A stretch of DNA of 63,608 bases, counting the filler, from Octopus bimaculoides (taxonomy: Eukaryota): the NCBI RefSeq assembly GCF_001194135.2. It is 6 parts of 6 records of this genome, joined end to end, with 100 filler letters (N's around TTAATTAATTAA, not from the genome) between each part and the next. Parts side by side here need not be neighbours in the genome. Positions count along the whole stretch, not along the records: positions 1 to 27,504 come from NC_068987.1; 5 more parts are not named here. One strand, 5' to 3'. The position numbers and the translations under genes were made by a program. Numbering within the stretch: the stretch's first letter is position 1; each line of letters begins with the position of its first letter. The notes under the pieces are model-generated. The model saw only the letters and a list, made by a program, of their open reading frames with translations. It searched no databases and was not told the DNA's origin. Shown in pieces: positions 1-12,832 of the stretch.

Positions 1-2
1 TT

Positions 3-168
3 TTGCCAAATAGACACACGCACTACATATTCGTTCTTGACTTGTTTATTATTGTTCTTATTTTATGTCCTTTGTTTGGAAATCTTTCGTCTTGCAGACA
101 AAGGACATAAAATAAGAACAATAATAAACAGGTGAAAAACTAATGTGTAGTGCGTGTTTATTTGGCAA
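3..168. repeat. Long inverted repeat / hairpin
   Basis: 43-75 (tgtttattattgttcttattttatgtcctttgt) is the exact reverse complement of 98-130 (33 bp, 22-nt loop). Imperfect outer arms: ttgccaaatagacacacgcactaca (about 3-27) and tgtagtgcgtgtttatttggcaa (about 146-168). Confidence 0.9.
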
Positions 169-236
169 GATGACCGTCCCGAAATATAACAATATCTCAG
201 CACACGATTTCACACCAGGAGTCTTAACTGTGTGTA

Positions 237-276
<40 letters not shown>

Positions 277-680
277 CACACACAATGAAAGTAAAGCGAA
301 GCAAGCTATGTAGATATTTAATTGCAATGTAATGGTAGAATTGCTATGTTAAAGCAATTGGCATATATACACAAATACGCCCACCGACTTTGTTTCGTTA
401 TAACTTCCACAACAAATAGATATTTTTTGATGAAATTTTCTACAAATACGCAACAGATGGTGTAGATTCCGATTATATCTGAATTTGTGGAAAAAATGTT
501 TTCGGGGAAGTGTGGACAGAAGATTCAGAAAATTCACATGGGTCAGCTTTGTTTCCTCATAACGTTCGGAGAAGTAGGTATTTTTAAACGAAGTTTTCAA
601 CAAATGTCTTTCAGAGTGTGTAGATTACGATTATGTAAGAATTTAATATGCAAATAAAAACTGGTGGAATAGCACACATA

Positions 681-1043
681 CAGGGTGGTCCTAAAGTCTT
701 GTCATCCCCTACCGAAAAGTAATCAGAACAATAGAGGAACAATATAATTCTAATAATATCAAACATGTACTAGAATACCCAACAGTTGAAGGACGCTGTT
801 TCGGCAGCCTTTGCAACAAATCACCAAAGCACAGCTTCGTAAAATATCACACAAGACATGGCGTCGCATCATTTTGTGCCACGAAAATGATGGCGTTCAT
901 ACAGACCTTCTCAGATGTGTGACAGTACCAGTGTCAATGAAAGTGAATAAACTAAAACCAGTACATGTGTTTGATATTATTTTATTGTTCCTCTATTCTT
1001 ATTACTTTTCGGTAGAGGGTGACAAGACTTTCGGACCACCCTG
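681..1043 (+). mobile_element. Non-autonomous Tc1/mariner deletion derivative (MITE-like)
   Basis: Starts TA|cagggtggtcctaaagtcttgtca and ends tgacaagactttcggaccaccctg|CA. Imperfect TIRs of about 85-90 bp. The interior encodes QLKDAVSAAFA..ITKAQLRKISHKTWRRIILCHENDGVHTD, like a Tc1/mariner transposase C-terminus. Right TA TSD appears mutated to CA. Confidence 0.85.
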
Positions 1044-1470
1044 CACAAACTGACACCCATCACATTTGTTTTGCGAAAAATTAATAATCGCAATAAATTC
1101 CAATATAATCCGAATCTACCTCATTGGTAGCGTATTCGTAAAAAATTACATTAAAAAAATATCCATATTTCTGAAAGTTATAAAAGAGGAATTCGTTGGG
1201 GCGCACATGAATGCATCAGCTAACTCCGGCCGCTTATTGTATATCATTGCCCAATCGTTACAGGAAGTCCATAGTAAACATGTATTATTTTAAATATAGG
1301 GTGAATACACGCACACACACACACACATATATATAGAGAAAGAATTGGGCTTTGATATAAATAAATATACATACATATACGCATATAGATATTTATATAT
1401 TTTAATAAATAAATTTACTTTTACATGGGGTATAAAAGATAGAAAACTAAGGGGAGAAGGCATAAAAACT

Positions 1471-1645
1471 GTTAGTACGCCGGGCAAGATGTTTAATGGT
1501 ATTTCGCCCGTCTGTACGTCCTTAGATGACTGCCTTTCATCCTTCGGAGTCGATAAAATAAAGTACCAGTTGAACATTGGGTCGATGTAGTTGACTCATC
1601 CCTCCCATTAACTTGCTGGCCACGTGCCAAATTTGAAACCAATAG
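1471..1645 (+). mobile_element. tRNA-derived SINE family A, degenerate copy
   Basis: Shares gcctttcatccttcggagtcgataaaataaagtaccagttga...gggtcgatgta with the full-length copy at 33744-33976. Confidence 0.75.
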
Positions 1646-2490
1646 ATGTAAATATCTATATACTTGTACTTGTGTTTATCTTAATATATTTAATTTTTGT
1701 ATCTCTCTGTATGCCTATTTAAATCTATATGTGTATGTGTATATTTATATATATCAAGCCTAATCGCGTTTATCTGCATCACTATGTCTATAGCAGCTCA
1801 CCTGAATTTCTGTTACAGCCACTTGGCTCTGTGGGCTTAGTCCCCCATAAAGACTTCGGTGTTGAAGTTCAAATCATTTGAGAACTACTGCTTGTTTTCT
1901 ATATTGAGCATCTATATATATATAAGCGCACACACACACATAGATTGGTGTATATATATATATAATTTCTACGTCAATAAACCACTATTGTTCCTGGAAG
2001 TTGTTTTTTTATACCTTCTACAGACTGTTCGAAGCTTGCTAACTTCCTACATTTTGATTCTTGGATCTTATCTTTACGTATATATGTATGTAAACTGTAT
2101 AGGCCACTAACATGATCTCTCATGAGTATTAATGTTCTTTATGTATTTATATGTATGTATGTATGTATGTATACATACAAAGTCTTGACAAGCGGCTAAA
2201 GCAAACATGAGATTAATTTTATTATATTCATTGTATATTATTCATATTTATTTGATTTATAAGAGCGGAAAAATATCACTGAAGGATGAATTTTATAATG
2301 TTTAATATCGCTTACATAGATATAACATGCAAATGCACATTTTAAACACGCTTTGGCACGAAATTTTAAGCCCTTGATACACTAACTTCCATACAAACAG
2401 ACATATACATATACATCACACTCAGTCACATACATTACACTCGGTCAGAGGCACACACAAACAGAATTGGGTTATACACTATGCTAATGA

Positions 2491-2556
2491 TGACGTCAAT
2501 CTGCTACTAACTGAATCGACCAATAAGAAGACGAAGCCGAGCAGGAGTCGTCATTT
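2491..2556 (+). promoter_or_regulatory. Putative promoter of the hnRNP-like gene (CRE, CCAAT, Inr-like)
   Basis: Perfect CRE TGACGTCA at 2491-2498, CCAAT at 2520-2524 and TCATTT (fits TCAKTY) at 2551-2556, about 215-280 bp upstream of the ATG. Motif match only. Confidence 0.45.
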
Positions 2557-2770
2557 CTGTTTCTCAGATATTGCTTCACTTTGTCTTGTTTATATTTTGT
2601 CAAGACATTTATTGTAAAAACAAGGCTTTATTTCATTGAAAATTCTTTGAAAAATACTATTTTCTTGTTATATAATCTTTCCGTTTGTGTAATCCCGAAG
2701 AAATATGTCCGTATAGAAATTGGAAATTACTGTTGGAAAATATTTTTAAAAGGAAAAATAAGAAAAGAAA

Positions 2771-3757
2771 ATGGCAGATCGCAGGTTTGTAGCGATGGAC
2801 GATCGAGATTGGTGTAAACTGTTCGTTGGACGTTTAAATCGAGATATCAATGAAAAACATCTGAAATCTTATTTTGAAAATTGGGGAGAAGTGGTCGAAG
2901 CTCGAATTGTTAGAGACTCATACGGTTTCGTAACTTTCCGATATCCACAACATCTGGACGACTGTCAAAGCGCGCGGCCTCACTCCATCGGCGAGCAACA
3001 AATTATCACACGAAGGGTTAATTCTCGGGACAAAAACACTGCTGAAGTCTACAAGTTGTTTATCAAGGGCGTCAGCGAGGATACCACAGAGACAGACATC
3101 AAGCAAGCATTTTCACCGTATGGTATTATCAAGGATATAGAAATGCCGAAGGATCTACGAACTGGACAACAGAAGGACTTCTGCTTCGTTACTTTTGATG
3201 ATTATGACAGCGTTGATAAGTGTGTGATCCAGCAAACATTCTCCGTGGCCGGCCGCGACGTATGGGTGCAGAAAGATAGAAAACAGGATTTACAGGGTCG
3301 CAGTGTAACATATCGAAAAGGTGGGTATGAAGACGGTTATTCAAACTCGTCTAATTACCGCCGTGACCAGGGTTGGCACAACGGTGGAATTAGTAATGGT
3401 GGTAATAATAATAATTATAATGGTGGTGGTCACAACAGTTCGAATTACAGTGGTGACTCGGCTTGGAGAAATGGCAATAGTTACTCGCGTAGCAACTATC
3501 GGCGCGAGAACAACTGGAACGGTCGGTCGAGTTACCATCAGAGGGATGACGGCTTCACTAATCGCCTCAACTTCAACCGTGACCCGAACTGGAGTAACAG
3601 TCACACCTCAAGTTATCACGACCAGCAAAGGTCGGGTGGTCACACCAACACCAATTACCACCGGGAACGAAGCTTGGGTCGTGTTAGCTCCAGTTATGGC
3701 AATAAAGACCAGACACGTTCTTCTAAGAGAAACTACGATAAACAGGGCCGCAACTGA
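2771..3757 (+). CDS. hnRNP A1/A2/B1-like RNA-binding protein (2 RRMs + G/N/S/R/Y low-complexity tail), intronless, 328 aa
   Basis: RRM1 has RNP2 KLFVGRL, FENWGEVVE, RNP1 DSYGFVTF and ARPHSI. RRM2 has KLFIKGV and DFCFVTFDDYDSVDKCVIQ, matching hnRNP A1 GFAFVTFDDHDSVDKIVIQ. Uninterrupted ORF with AAAATGG start context and an A-rich tract at about 3844-3870. Confidence 0.92.
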   Translation: MADRRFVAMDDRDWCKLFVGRLNRDINEKHLKSYFENWGEVVEARIVRDSYGFVTFRYPQHLDDCQSARPHSIGEQQIITRRVNSRDKNTAEVYKLFIKGVSEDTTETDIKQAFSPYGIIKDIEMPKDLRTGQQKDFCFVTFDDYDSVDKCVIQQTFSVAGRDVWVQKDRKQDLQGRSVTYRKGGYEDGYSNSSNYRRDQGWHNGGISNGGNNNNYNGGGHNSSNYSGDSAWRNGNSYSRSNYRRENNWNGRSSYHQRDDGFTNRLNFNRDPNWSNSHTSSYHDQQRSGGHTNTNYHRERSLGRVSSSYGNKDQTRSSKRNYDKQGRN

Positions 3758-4394
3758 AAATGGCAGGAATGAGGTCCAAACATGATGTAGAGAGGGGCCA
3801 GGTTCTATATTTTCTAGTTCCTCACCTCACCTACATTGGATCTAAAACAAAAAAAAAAAATAAACAAAAAATAGGGAGACAAAGAAGAAATTTCAAAACA
3901 GGAAAAAAAAAAAATTCAAAAATATTTGAAAGATGTAGAAGAAAAGAAAAATATAACTTTGGATGTTTTTTGTAATTAATTAACTGTATCGAATAACTTT
4001 TTTTTTTTCAAATTTAATTTGTATTNNNNNNNNNNNNNNNNNNNNNNNNNNNNNNNNNNNNNNNNNNNNNNNNNNNNNNNNNNNNNNNNNNNNNNNNNNN
4101 NNNNNNNNNNNNNNNNNNNNNNNNNNNNNNNNNNNNNNNNNNNNNNNNNNNNNNNNNNNNNNNNNNNNNNNNNNNNNNNNNNNNNNNNNNNNNNNNNNNN
4201 NNNNNNNNNNNNNNNNNNNNNNNNNNNNNNNNNNNNNNNNNNNNNNNNNNNNNNNNNNNNNNNNNNNNNNNNNNNNNNNNNNNNNNNNNNNNNNNNNNNN
4301 NNNNNNNNNNNNNNNNNNNNNNNNNNNNNNNNNNNNNNNNNNNNNNNNNNNNNNNNNNNNNNNNNNNNNNNNNNNNNNNNNNNNNNNNNNNNNN

Positions 4395-4425
<31 letters not shown>

Positions 4426-5802
4426 ATGTCGAATAGACATTTCTGTAATTCGAAGTTGTCTAGAAATATGATCGGGTGGGACAACATTTGGTAAATTTGC
4501 CAAATCTTAAAACTATTTCTAAAACGTTTCACTAATAACATTAACCATTATTAAAGTATTATTGTCAACAACAGCGGACGGTTAATCTGTTGTTTATAAT
4601 GCAGTTTTAGCCGAACCCTTTCATATATTCATCTAAAATCCAGGCCTTTATTTTTTATTTCCTTGCATTTTAAAATTTCACATCATAGAAGTGAACCTGA
4701 CATTAAAAAAAAAGTTGGGTTTCTGAAGGGAAAGCCGCTTGACCTATCCCCCAGTTTCTGTTAAATATGGACAACTTGTCTGAAGAGATTCATTCTAGTT
4801 ATAATTGTGTCCTTAGAAAATCTGGGATTGATTGTAACTCCCACCCCTTTTAACAATGTGACCTCTCAGCTATTCTCTTCGTTATTACATAGAGAAATCT
4901 GTAGAATGTCAAACATGACTGACATCAAATAAGATGCTTCTTGACTTTCTGAGTTCGAGTTCCGTCACTTGAAAATAATAATAATGACGTCGATCGTTAA
5001 TTATTTTCACAAAGATTTAAATGTTCCTCTTTTATTGTTTTGTTTCTTGAATCAAAGATAGAATAGGTTTAAGCATTCCATTTAATGAATGAGATTCCAT
5101 AGACATTGGTTAAGACTTCGATTTACAGGAAAATTACCATAATGACAAATAAAAGGCTCGCTATAATAGAATTTTGTTAAGATTTAAGAGAAACGCAGTC
5201 AAGAACAAGATCAGTAAATTTTAATTTTATTTTACGTGAAAAATTTTCCCTGTAACAAACATCGGATATTCTTTCGTTTTATGATCAGAAAGTGAAAGTA
5301 AGTGGACATATTGAACCTATTCTGCAAAATCCTAAGTCGACGCGTCGAATTTGCACCACACCCACTTTTTTTCTCTCAGAATTTTTCCATTTTGATCATA
5401 AAATGAACGAATACCACTCTTCGTTCAGCGTTGGTGAAACATCGTGATTCAGTGGGTATACTACAGTGTTTAATGACCAGAGATGGGCCAGAGAATTGTT
5501 CAGTTGTTTTATAAACTGCAAATCATTAAATTTATATCGGAACAAGGACAAAACCAAAATAGAATAATTTTGCATCAAGTAAAAGTAAATAATGGAAAAT
5601 ATTTTCATATTTCAATTTCGAGATGGGTGGAATCTATAATTTTTTCAGAGTTGAGTATTTTACCAGTTAGTGACCAGACCTCTTTTGCTTGACCACTACA
5701 ACCGGAATATTTAGCGCAGCACACATGAACTTGTCTACAACATTCCAATAATATTTTACCTTTACTGATTTTGACCAGCAACTAATAAAAACAAATTTCA
5801 GC

Positions 5803-5833
<31 letters not shown>

Positions 5834-5879
5834 ANNNNNNNNNNTATATATAATTATATATATATATATATAATTATTT

Positions 5880-6050
5880 GTCATTAAACTGCGTCCATGC
5901 TGGAGTATCGCCTTGAAGAAATTTATCGAACAAATCGACCTCAATATTTATTTTATTGGTACTTATTCTATTGGATCTTTTGCCGAACCGCTATGTTACG
6001 GGGACGTAAACACACACCGGTTGTCAAGCGGTTATGGGGGTCAGATACAC
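5880..6050 (-). mobile_element. SINE family B, 3' half
   Basis: Reverse complement of the family B body (ttttgccgaaccgctatgttacggggacgtaaacacaccggttgtcaagcg). Confidence 0.75.
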
Positions 6051-8249
6051 ACACACATATATGTAGAGAGAGTATAATTTCTAATGTTTAGTTAGTTATT
6101 ACTCTACTAAATGTATGTGTGTGTGTGTAATTTCCAGTATTTAGTTATATTCTACTAAAAATAATCGTATATAGTTTCATTATTGTACTAAATATATATA
6201 TATATATAAATTTTAGTATATAGCTGTCATTATTCTTCTAAAAATTATCTGGTTGTTTCTAACACTAACTTGTAGAAGCCAGTGCACTGCCGAAGCAAAT
6301 TCCTCAGTTGATCATAAGTGTGTTTGTTGAAACAGAATGTATGAGAAATTTTCTTCTGTCAGTAAATGAGAGAGGGGTTGTCACAACAGTTTTACATAGG
6401 CAGTTTTCAACAGCCCTGATAAAATGGTTAACGCTGTTTTTTCCTAGCATTAAATTTTAACTGAATGTAGGAGTCACTTGAAAATAGCAAATTCATTCTT
6501 TTTCAGAAAGTAGATCATGACTGCAATAAGTAGGGTAGCACTAGTTCAAATTTTTATTTTTCTCAGAATGGTTTTACTGTATTGGTTATTAATAATCCAA
6601 TGTAATGCTGTTTGAATTTGGGAAATTTATGCTACTGACAGAACCGGAAAGTCTGATGAATAGCAGCATTCCTCATTGCTTTGGATGATTTCCCCCCTTT
6701 TTTTTACTCTTATCAACAGTTGTTTCACGGTGTCTCCAGAAATATCGTTATTTGTGAGAGTCTACGTATGAAAGTAATTGTTTCACAAATAATTTAAGGA
6801 CGTAATTAAGATAAAAGAAGGCATTATAATAAAGAAACCTTGAAATAAAATATAAATTGTGTGTGCGGGTGTCGTCTCAGCCCCCCCCCCACCACTTTCC
6901 CCAGTATTCCTTATATTTTAAAAGTAGCAAGTAACAACATACTTTCAAAGTTGCATCCTTTGGCTAATTAAGATACAGTTAAGATATTTAAACTTATTTT
7001 TCATTTTATAATTTTACTTCATTTTTAAATATGTTATTTTTCAAATAACTTAAGATGTGTATTTGAAATTTTATTTAATAAATCTTAAGGCAATAATCCA
7101 TATGTACTTTTAAACTTTTCATAGTATTCATATTTTGTACTCCTATTGTGTTAACATTTTAAATTAAATTTCCATTTTTCTCCATTGTTTGTATTTTCTT
7201 TCACTTTATGTTTCCGATAAATTCCAAATATGCTTTAGCTGGCACGAATTCAGTTGATTATAACCCTAGAAGATGTAAAAGCAAGTGGCCACATACTTTT
7301 GTATTTACGGCATGTTAATTGACAGAAACGTTATTTTCAGCTATAAACACAAAATTATGCGTCTTCCAGAAGTATAGTGAAACGAAATCATGCCCACTAA
7401 AACGTAGTCATGGGTTTAAAGGGTTAAACCTCATATTGCTTCAGGCTTTACTCATGTATTTATAGTTGTGTGGTTGTGATTGTTAGAGACTCTTATGAAA
7501 TTTTTTTCTTGTGAAATATAAAAGATTATATATTTTTGCTTTTAATCTAAAAAGAAAAATAATGCAGATAGGGGAAATTCTATTTCTGAAACAAAATATG
7601 ATTCATAACAAAGTTGAAGAATCAGTTCTCTCTGAATCTGAAATTCTAATTTGTCTTTTTATAATTGCAGTCAAAGCTACAAAATAAAAAAATTTTTAAA
7701 AAGTAACGTTTTAAAGATCACTTCTTTTGGAAAAAAATAAGGATTTTCAAGCAATCAAATATATTGTCTGTGAATGCAAGCAGTCCAAAGGAGAAATTGT
7801 GTATGTTATGTTAACTGCTTATATTTGCACATATGTGTGTGAAGTGCTGCAAATAAGCCGATCAATTTGGTCTCTTTAAAAACAGTGTTTATGATTTAAT
7901 CTCTATTCCTTTGCTGGCTTTGGTCATTGAACTACGGTCATTCTGAGGCATCACTCCAATTTCTTCAAAACTTTTAATTAAAATTAATGATTTGAGTTTT
8001 AAGTCTTCTAATGTATAATTGGTTTCTATAGGAAAGCTCCCAAATTTATCATGTATACTGTAGGAACATTTGAATTATGCTTTACTTAAACAGTAAGTAA
8101 TACCTCACATTAAAGCTTTTGGTAGTATCAAGTGTTGGGAGTCTACCTCAGTTTTATGTTACATTTAGCGATGAATGTAGATCATGCCTAGCTAATTGAA
8201 GGTAACAGTCTATCTTCATAAATTCGTCCTTCCATATCCCTTAAAGTCT

Positions 8250-10050
8250 TTCATCCAGTAAACAGTTTAGTGGTTAATAAGCAGCTGTGCTGGTAAACTA
8301 ATACTACCTACAATATCAGTTAGGAAGGATTCTCTATCTGGAAACTCCTCAGTGACAAGACTTTCATGCATCTACCTCCTTAACTATAATCCAAGTGGCT
8401 CTGGAAGCTAAGCTATTATAACTTACTTTTAACTAACTTCTCTCTCATGCACAACAAATCTATAGTCCTCTCTCTATACTATCTTGTACATACATCCACT
8501 AAGGATGGGAATTTCTGTGAGTGAAGACTGATTAAGGCAACTAGTCCTTGTTCTCTCTACAGCTATGATACATCACTGTCAACTATCCATGTTTAGTTTT
8601 CACTTTCAATTTCCCAAGAATAAAAATGATAATGAATGATCTTATGATCTGCTGTCTCTCTTATCTGACTTCTACAGAGTAAAGTCAAATCAAATGAGAC
8701 TGCTTATATCACATACCAAAGTCTCTTGCTTTAAAACTTTGGTGAAAATAGATTCATAATCTTGTCATCAGCAAGTCTTAACTGATATCTAACAACAATT
8801 CCTGCTAATGGGTTTCACCACTTGTCTGATAACATAAATCAGAAGCTTTCTCAACTTCAGTTTACTTCAAGGAACTGTAGTCTCTGTCAGGGTATGCTCC
8901 TGTGAAATTTTAAAGTTCACTACAACTATTTGACCATTGCTAAGATATATCCTTTCCTATTTGTAAACCACCTCCACCTAAACTAATTTGTTTTACACAC
9001 CTCTACCTTCATTCATTCCTACTCTAACCCAATCAGTATTCTTCAGAATTGCATTTTCCTGAAACTCCCTTCCCAACATCTGATTTTAAATATTAACTGT
9101 ATTAATTTTATCCACTGCTCAGCTGTTATTTCCCTTGCTCTTAGATAAGAATTTGGTGCATATGCTCTGACACCAACCTATTTCATTAACCTCTTTTGTT
9201 TGGACTACATTTATTCATATGACTAGGAATTTTTCATTTGCTTTTTACTCAAAAATTGAACAATACATGGTATAAACTCTAACTTCATACTTAATCCAAA
9301 CTCTGCTTTTTTCATTACATCTAATTATATACACATTGACTATACATTAACTATATATATACATCAAGTGATTTTCAATCTTTTTTAGGCTGTTTGTATA
9401 AATAATCACAGAACCTTGTTATCCTTATTCCTAAATTACCATCTGCTTCACATTCTTTTAATCAAAATTTCCTCTCAGAAAATTTAGGCCTTAATTATTG
9501 CTTTTGTATAGCTCTTACCCTATGACACTTGACTGGTTTTTCAGAACTTTTGAAGCAAAGTAAGCCTTACTAATTTTGCACTGTGAAGGTTTCAGTCACT
9601 TTGTTATGTTCCCCACAACCCCTTTTGATTTCAGATTCTGTTTCCAGTTTTCATGCTGCAGTATTTCCCATTGATTCAGCACTGACAACTATGCCATACT
9701 TAAGTTGGACTCTGCCATAAGGGCCTGGAGAAGCAGTATGAAGAGTAGAAGATACCTTCTTGTACCTCAGATTTTTCACTGTACGTATTAACTCTGATCT
9801 GATTTCTCAGAATTAACTAATGGCTTCTGCACAATATTTGCCCGTGTCCTGCATCTAGACTTCTGTTAAATACTAAGCAGAAAAACTTTGGAACACTCTA
9901 AGAGTGATTGTAGACTTGTGATGATGTTCATCAGATTTAGTTATACCAAGGAAGCTACTGAGTCATTCAGCCAATACTTGTGGGCAAATTATATTTCTAA
10001 TCCATGCAGAATACATAATATATGCTTTGACTACTCGTAGGTAAGCTCGC
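8250..10050 (-). mobile_element. Heavily decayed LINE-like sequence (probably RTE)
   Basis: Pyrimidine-rich on the + strand, like the other minus-strand RTE remnants in the window. No intact motif could be read; boundaries approximate. Confidence 0.3.
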
Positions 10051-12832
10051 CTCAATAATATCATTTTGTAATCTTAAACCAATTTCTTAGTAACCCATCA
10101 TGTTTTATTATATATTTTTTGGTTCTTCTTCCTCCTTATGGTAACCAAATATTCCTTAATTTTTTTTCTTCATATTCTTGCACAATTTGGAAACTTACCA
10201 ATCTAACTTTTAAGTTACTGCAAACAATGAGAATGTTCAACATTCAAGACAGAAAAGGTTTACTTTACTATTTGGTATTCAATTGTTCTCTTTCACTGGT
10301 TGCTGTACATTTAGCATAATGCTGGTTAGGTACCAAGATAGGTATTAACCATACTTAACAATTTTTTCTATTACTGAGTAGTAGCCTTTTGTCATTACAA
10401 CTATTGTGTTAACAACTTCATTATCAGCATCAATTTAACATCCAGTTTTCCATGTTTGCATGGGTCAGACATAATTTATTGAGGATACCCTTCCAGACAT
10501 TAATCTTCACCTGTTTCCAAGCAAGTTATTTCCCTGTGGTATGTTTTTTTCTCAGAAGACTAGAAGCAAGCAACATCACTTATATGATGATGATACTCAT
10601 TGACAACTATCATGTGATATCAAGACAAGGGTACACATATATACATACATGTTATTTCAAGTAGTAAAAATATTGTGAACATCTTTTTATAATCAATTTT
10701 CTGCTGTTGATTCAGTTGGTCAGATATAAACATTTTTTCTCATTGGTTTTGTGTTTTCTTAGTAGCCTTCACATAGGCTTATATATTGATACAAAAACAC
10801 TGTTGAAGAACATGGAAAATAGACATAAAATATAAATTGGTGAAATAATGTTCAATAGAGAAATCTTTTCATAATTCAAAAAAAGTGTTCTATGAAGGTG
10901 TTAAAAGTTTGAAAATCTTGAATATCAATGCATATTGATTAATTTACTAAAAAAATTTTTCTTTGTTAGCAGCCTTCTCTTACCAAAGTGTATATAAAGA
11001 AAATTGCACTTGCACTATGTTGATATTAACAGTGTTGTTTTACACTCGCATAACTATCTGAGATTACATTCCACTTGCATCTGTTTTGCTTTCGGCTTTA
11101 CATATTCATTCCTTATTGGAATAGAACTTTCTATGAAATTTACTTCTATTATTATCATCATCATCATCATCAGATTCATAAAATTACTTTCTATGTAAAC
11201 TCAGGATGTTTTTTTTATATCTGTTTTGAAACTTTAATTGTAGTAAGTTATCTGAAAATTTGTATTCAGTTTAAGAAATAAATGTTAAGAATACCCCTCT
11301 TATTATTTTTTTTTTCCTTTTCTCTCTTCTTTTTTAGATCATAGAAGATCATAAGTGCTGTCATTTGATGGGGCTACAATTCACCTTCTTTCTTGTGAGT
11401 GATGATGCAGGATATTTTAATGAGACTGACAACCAACCCCAATTATTTATGTTTCACAAATAATTGTTTTAGTCAGTAAATTGTATAGGATTCAAAGTCA
11501 ACAGTTTTAGTTTTTAAGTGTAGCAATATTAACAAGTCACTCTGTTGGTAAATGTATGAGTCACTTCAACTTTTTTGGGTGTTGAAGATAGAATTTCTTG
11601 TTTTCTTAAAAATGTACTCTTAATCTTGCTAAGATAGTTAAAGTTACCTTTTTTGACTTTAAGGTTTGGAAATAGGTAAAGGTAAGTTTTATTGTTGGCT
11701 GTAGCATACTTCACAAATATAAAGATTAAAAAATATGAAAATTAGATCTCTGTGGATCTGAGGTTAAAATTCTGGATCATGTAAGTGCCTAACTTATTAC
11801 AGCTACTTTGATATACTCAGAGCAAAGCTCTTAAGTTTACCTGCTAGCTTTTCACTCCTTTGTTTACAGTTGTGTTGATAGTACTAGGAGAACATCCAGC
11901 TGTAAACAACTATTGCTCCAATGCAAAAAATAGAAAAAACTATCTTTACACTCTTCACTCTACACACCAGTCATTATGATGGATTGTATATAGTATACCA
12001 GATCCAACTGAAGTATGGCATATACTGCCAAACATTCAAATGACCTGAATTTTAATCCAATCCATGCTAGCATCAATAAATTAATGCTGTAAAATCCTTA
12101 GCTCTTTGAGGAATTTTGTCCATGAAGCAATGAAAACTACACAATAGTGTGCTCTCTAAGCAGTATCCAGTAATAGATGCAGTGCATTAGAATATGATAG
12201 ATAACAGAAACCATTATCATTGTTATTGTATACACTTCGTTATTGGTGGGAATCAGCAGTTCTGTTGGAAATATCTTATATTAAAACATTGATAACTATA
12301 GTCTCTAACTTCCCATTACAAAGTAAGTTGTTGCCTTTAATTTTATTAAACTTGACATTAGTGTTTTATATTTCTTTTGACCATTGTTTGTTAGCTATAA
12401 TAGTTGGTTGCCATTTAACCATGACATATTTATGTGTATATATATATATATGTGTGTGTGTGTATGCATTATCATCATCATTTAATGTATCATTCAACCA
12501 TGGTAGTGGTTGAATAATATTCTTAATGTAGCTTTTTGTTGCAGTCCAAGTCTTCCAAGCAGTCTCACTAATTCATTTTTAATTGAAATCAAATTTAGTT
12601 TTTTGAATTATGTTTAACTCGTCATAAGCTACATTTAGACATAAAATACTTAAAATCTGGTGCAGTAGAACAAAAGTTAAGAGAAAAAATGTATCGGCAA
12701 AACTGGTTGACTGACGGGTAGTAATGCTGAACATTGACACTTTGAATCCACATCATTCTCTTAATTTTAATTAAGAATTATTATATTAATATTAATATGA
12801 AAGAGAAATGTTAAAGGAATATATTAGTAAAA

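Noticed and set aside
3321-3785. 154-aa overlapping ORF, and the antisense 87-aa ORF at 3341-3604
   Set aside because: Shadow frames of the low-complexity hnRNP tail; V/T/I-rich with no domain features.
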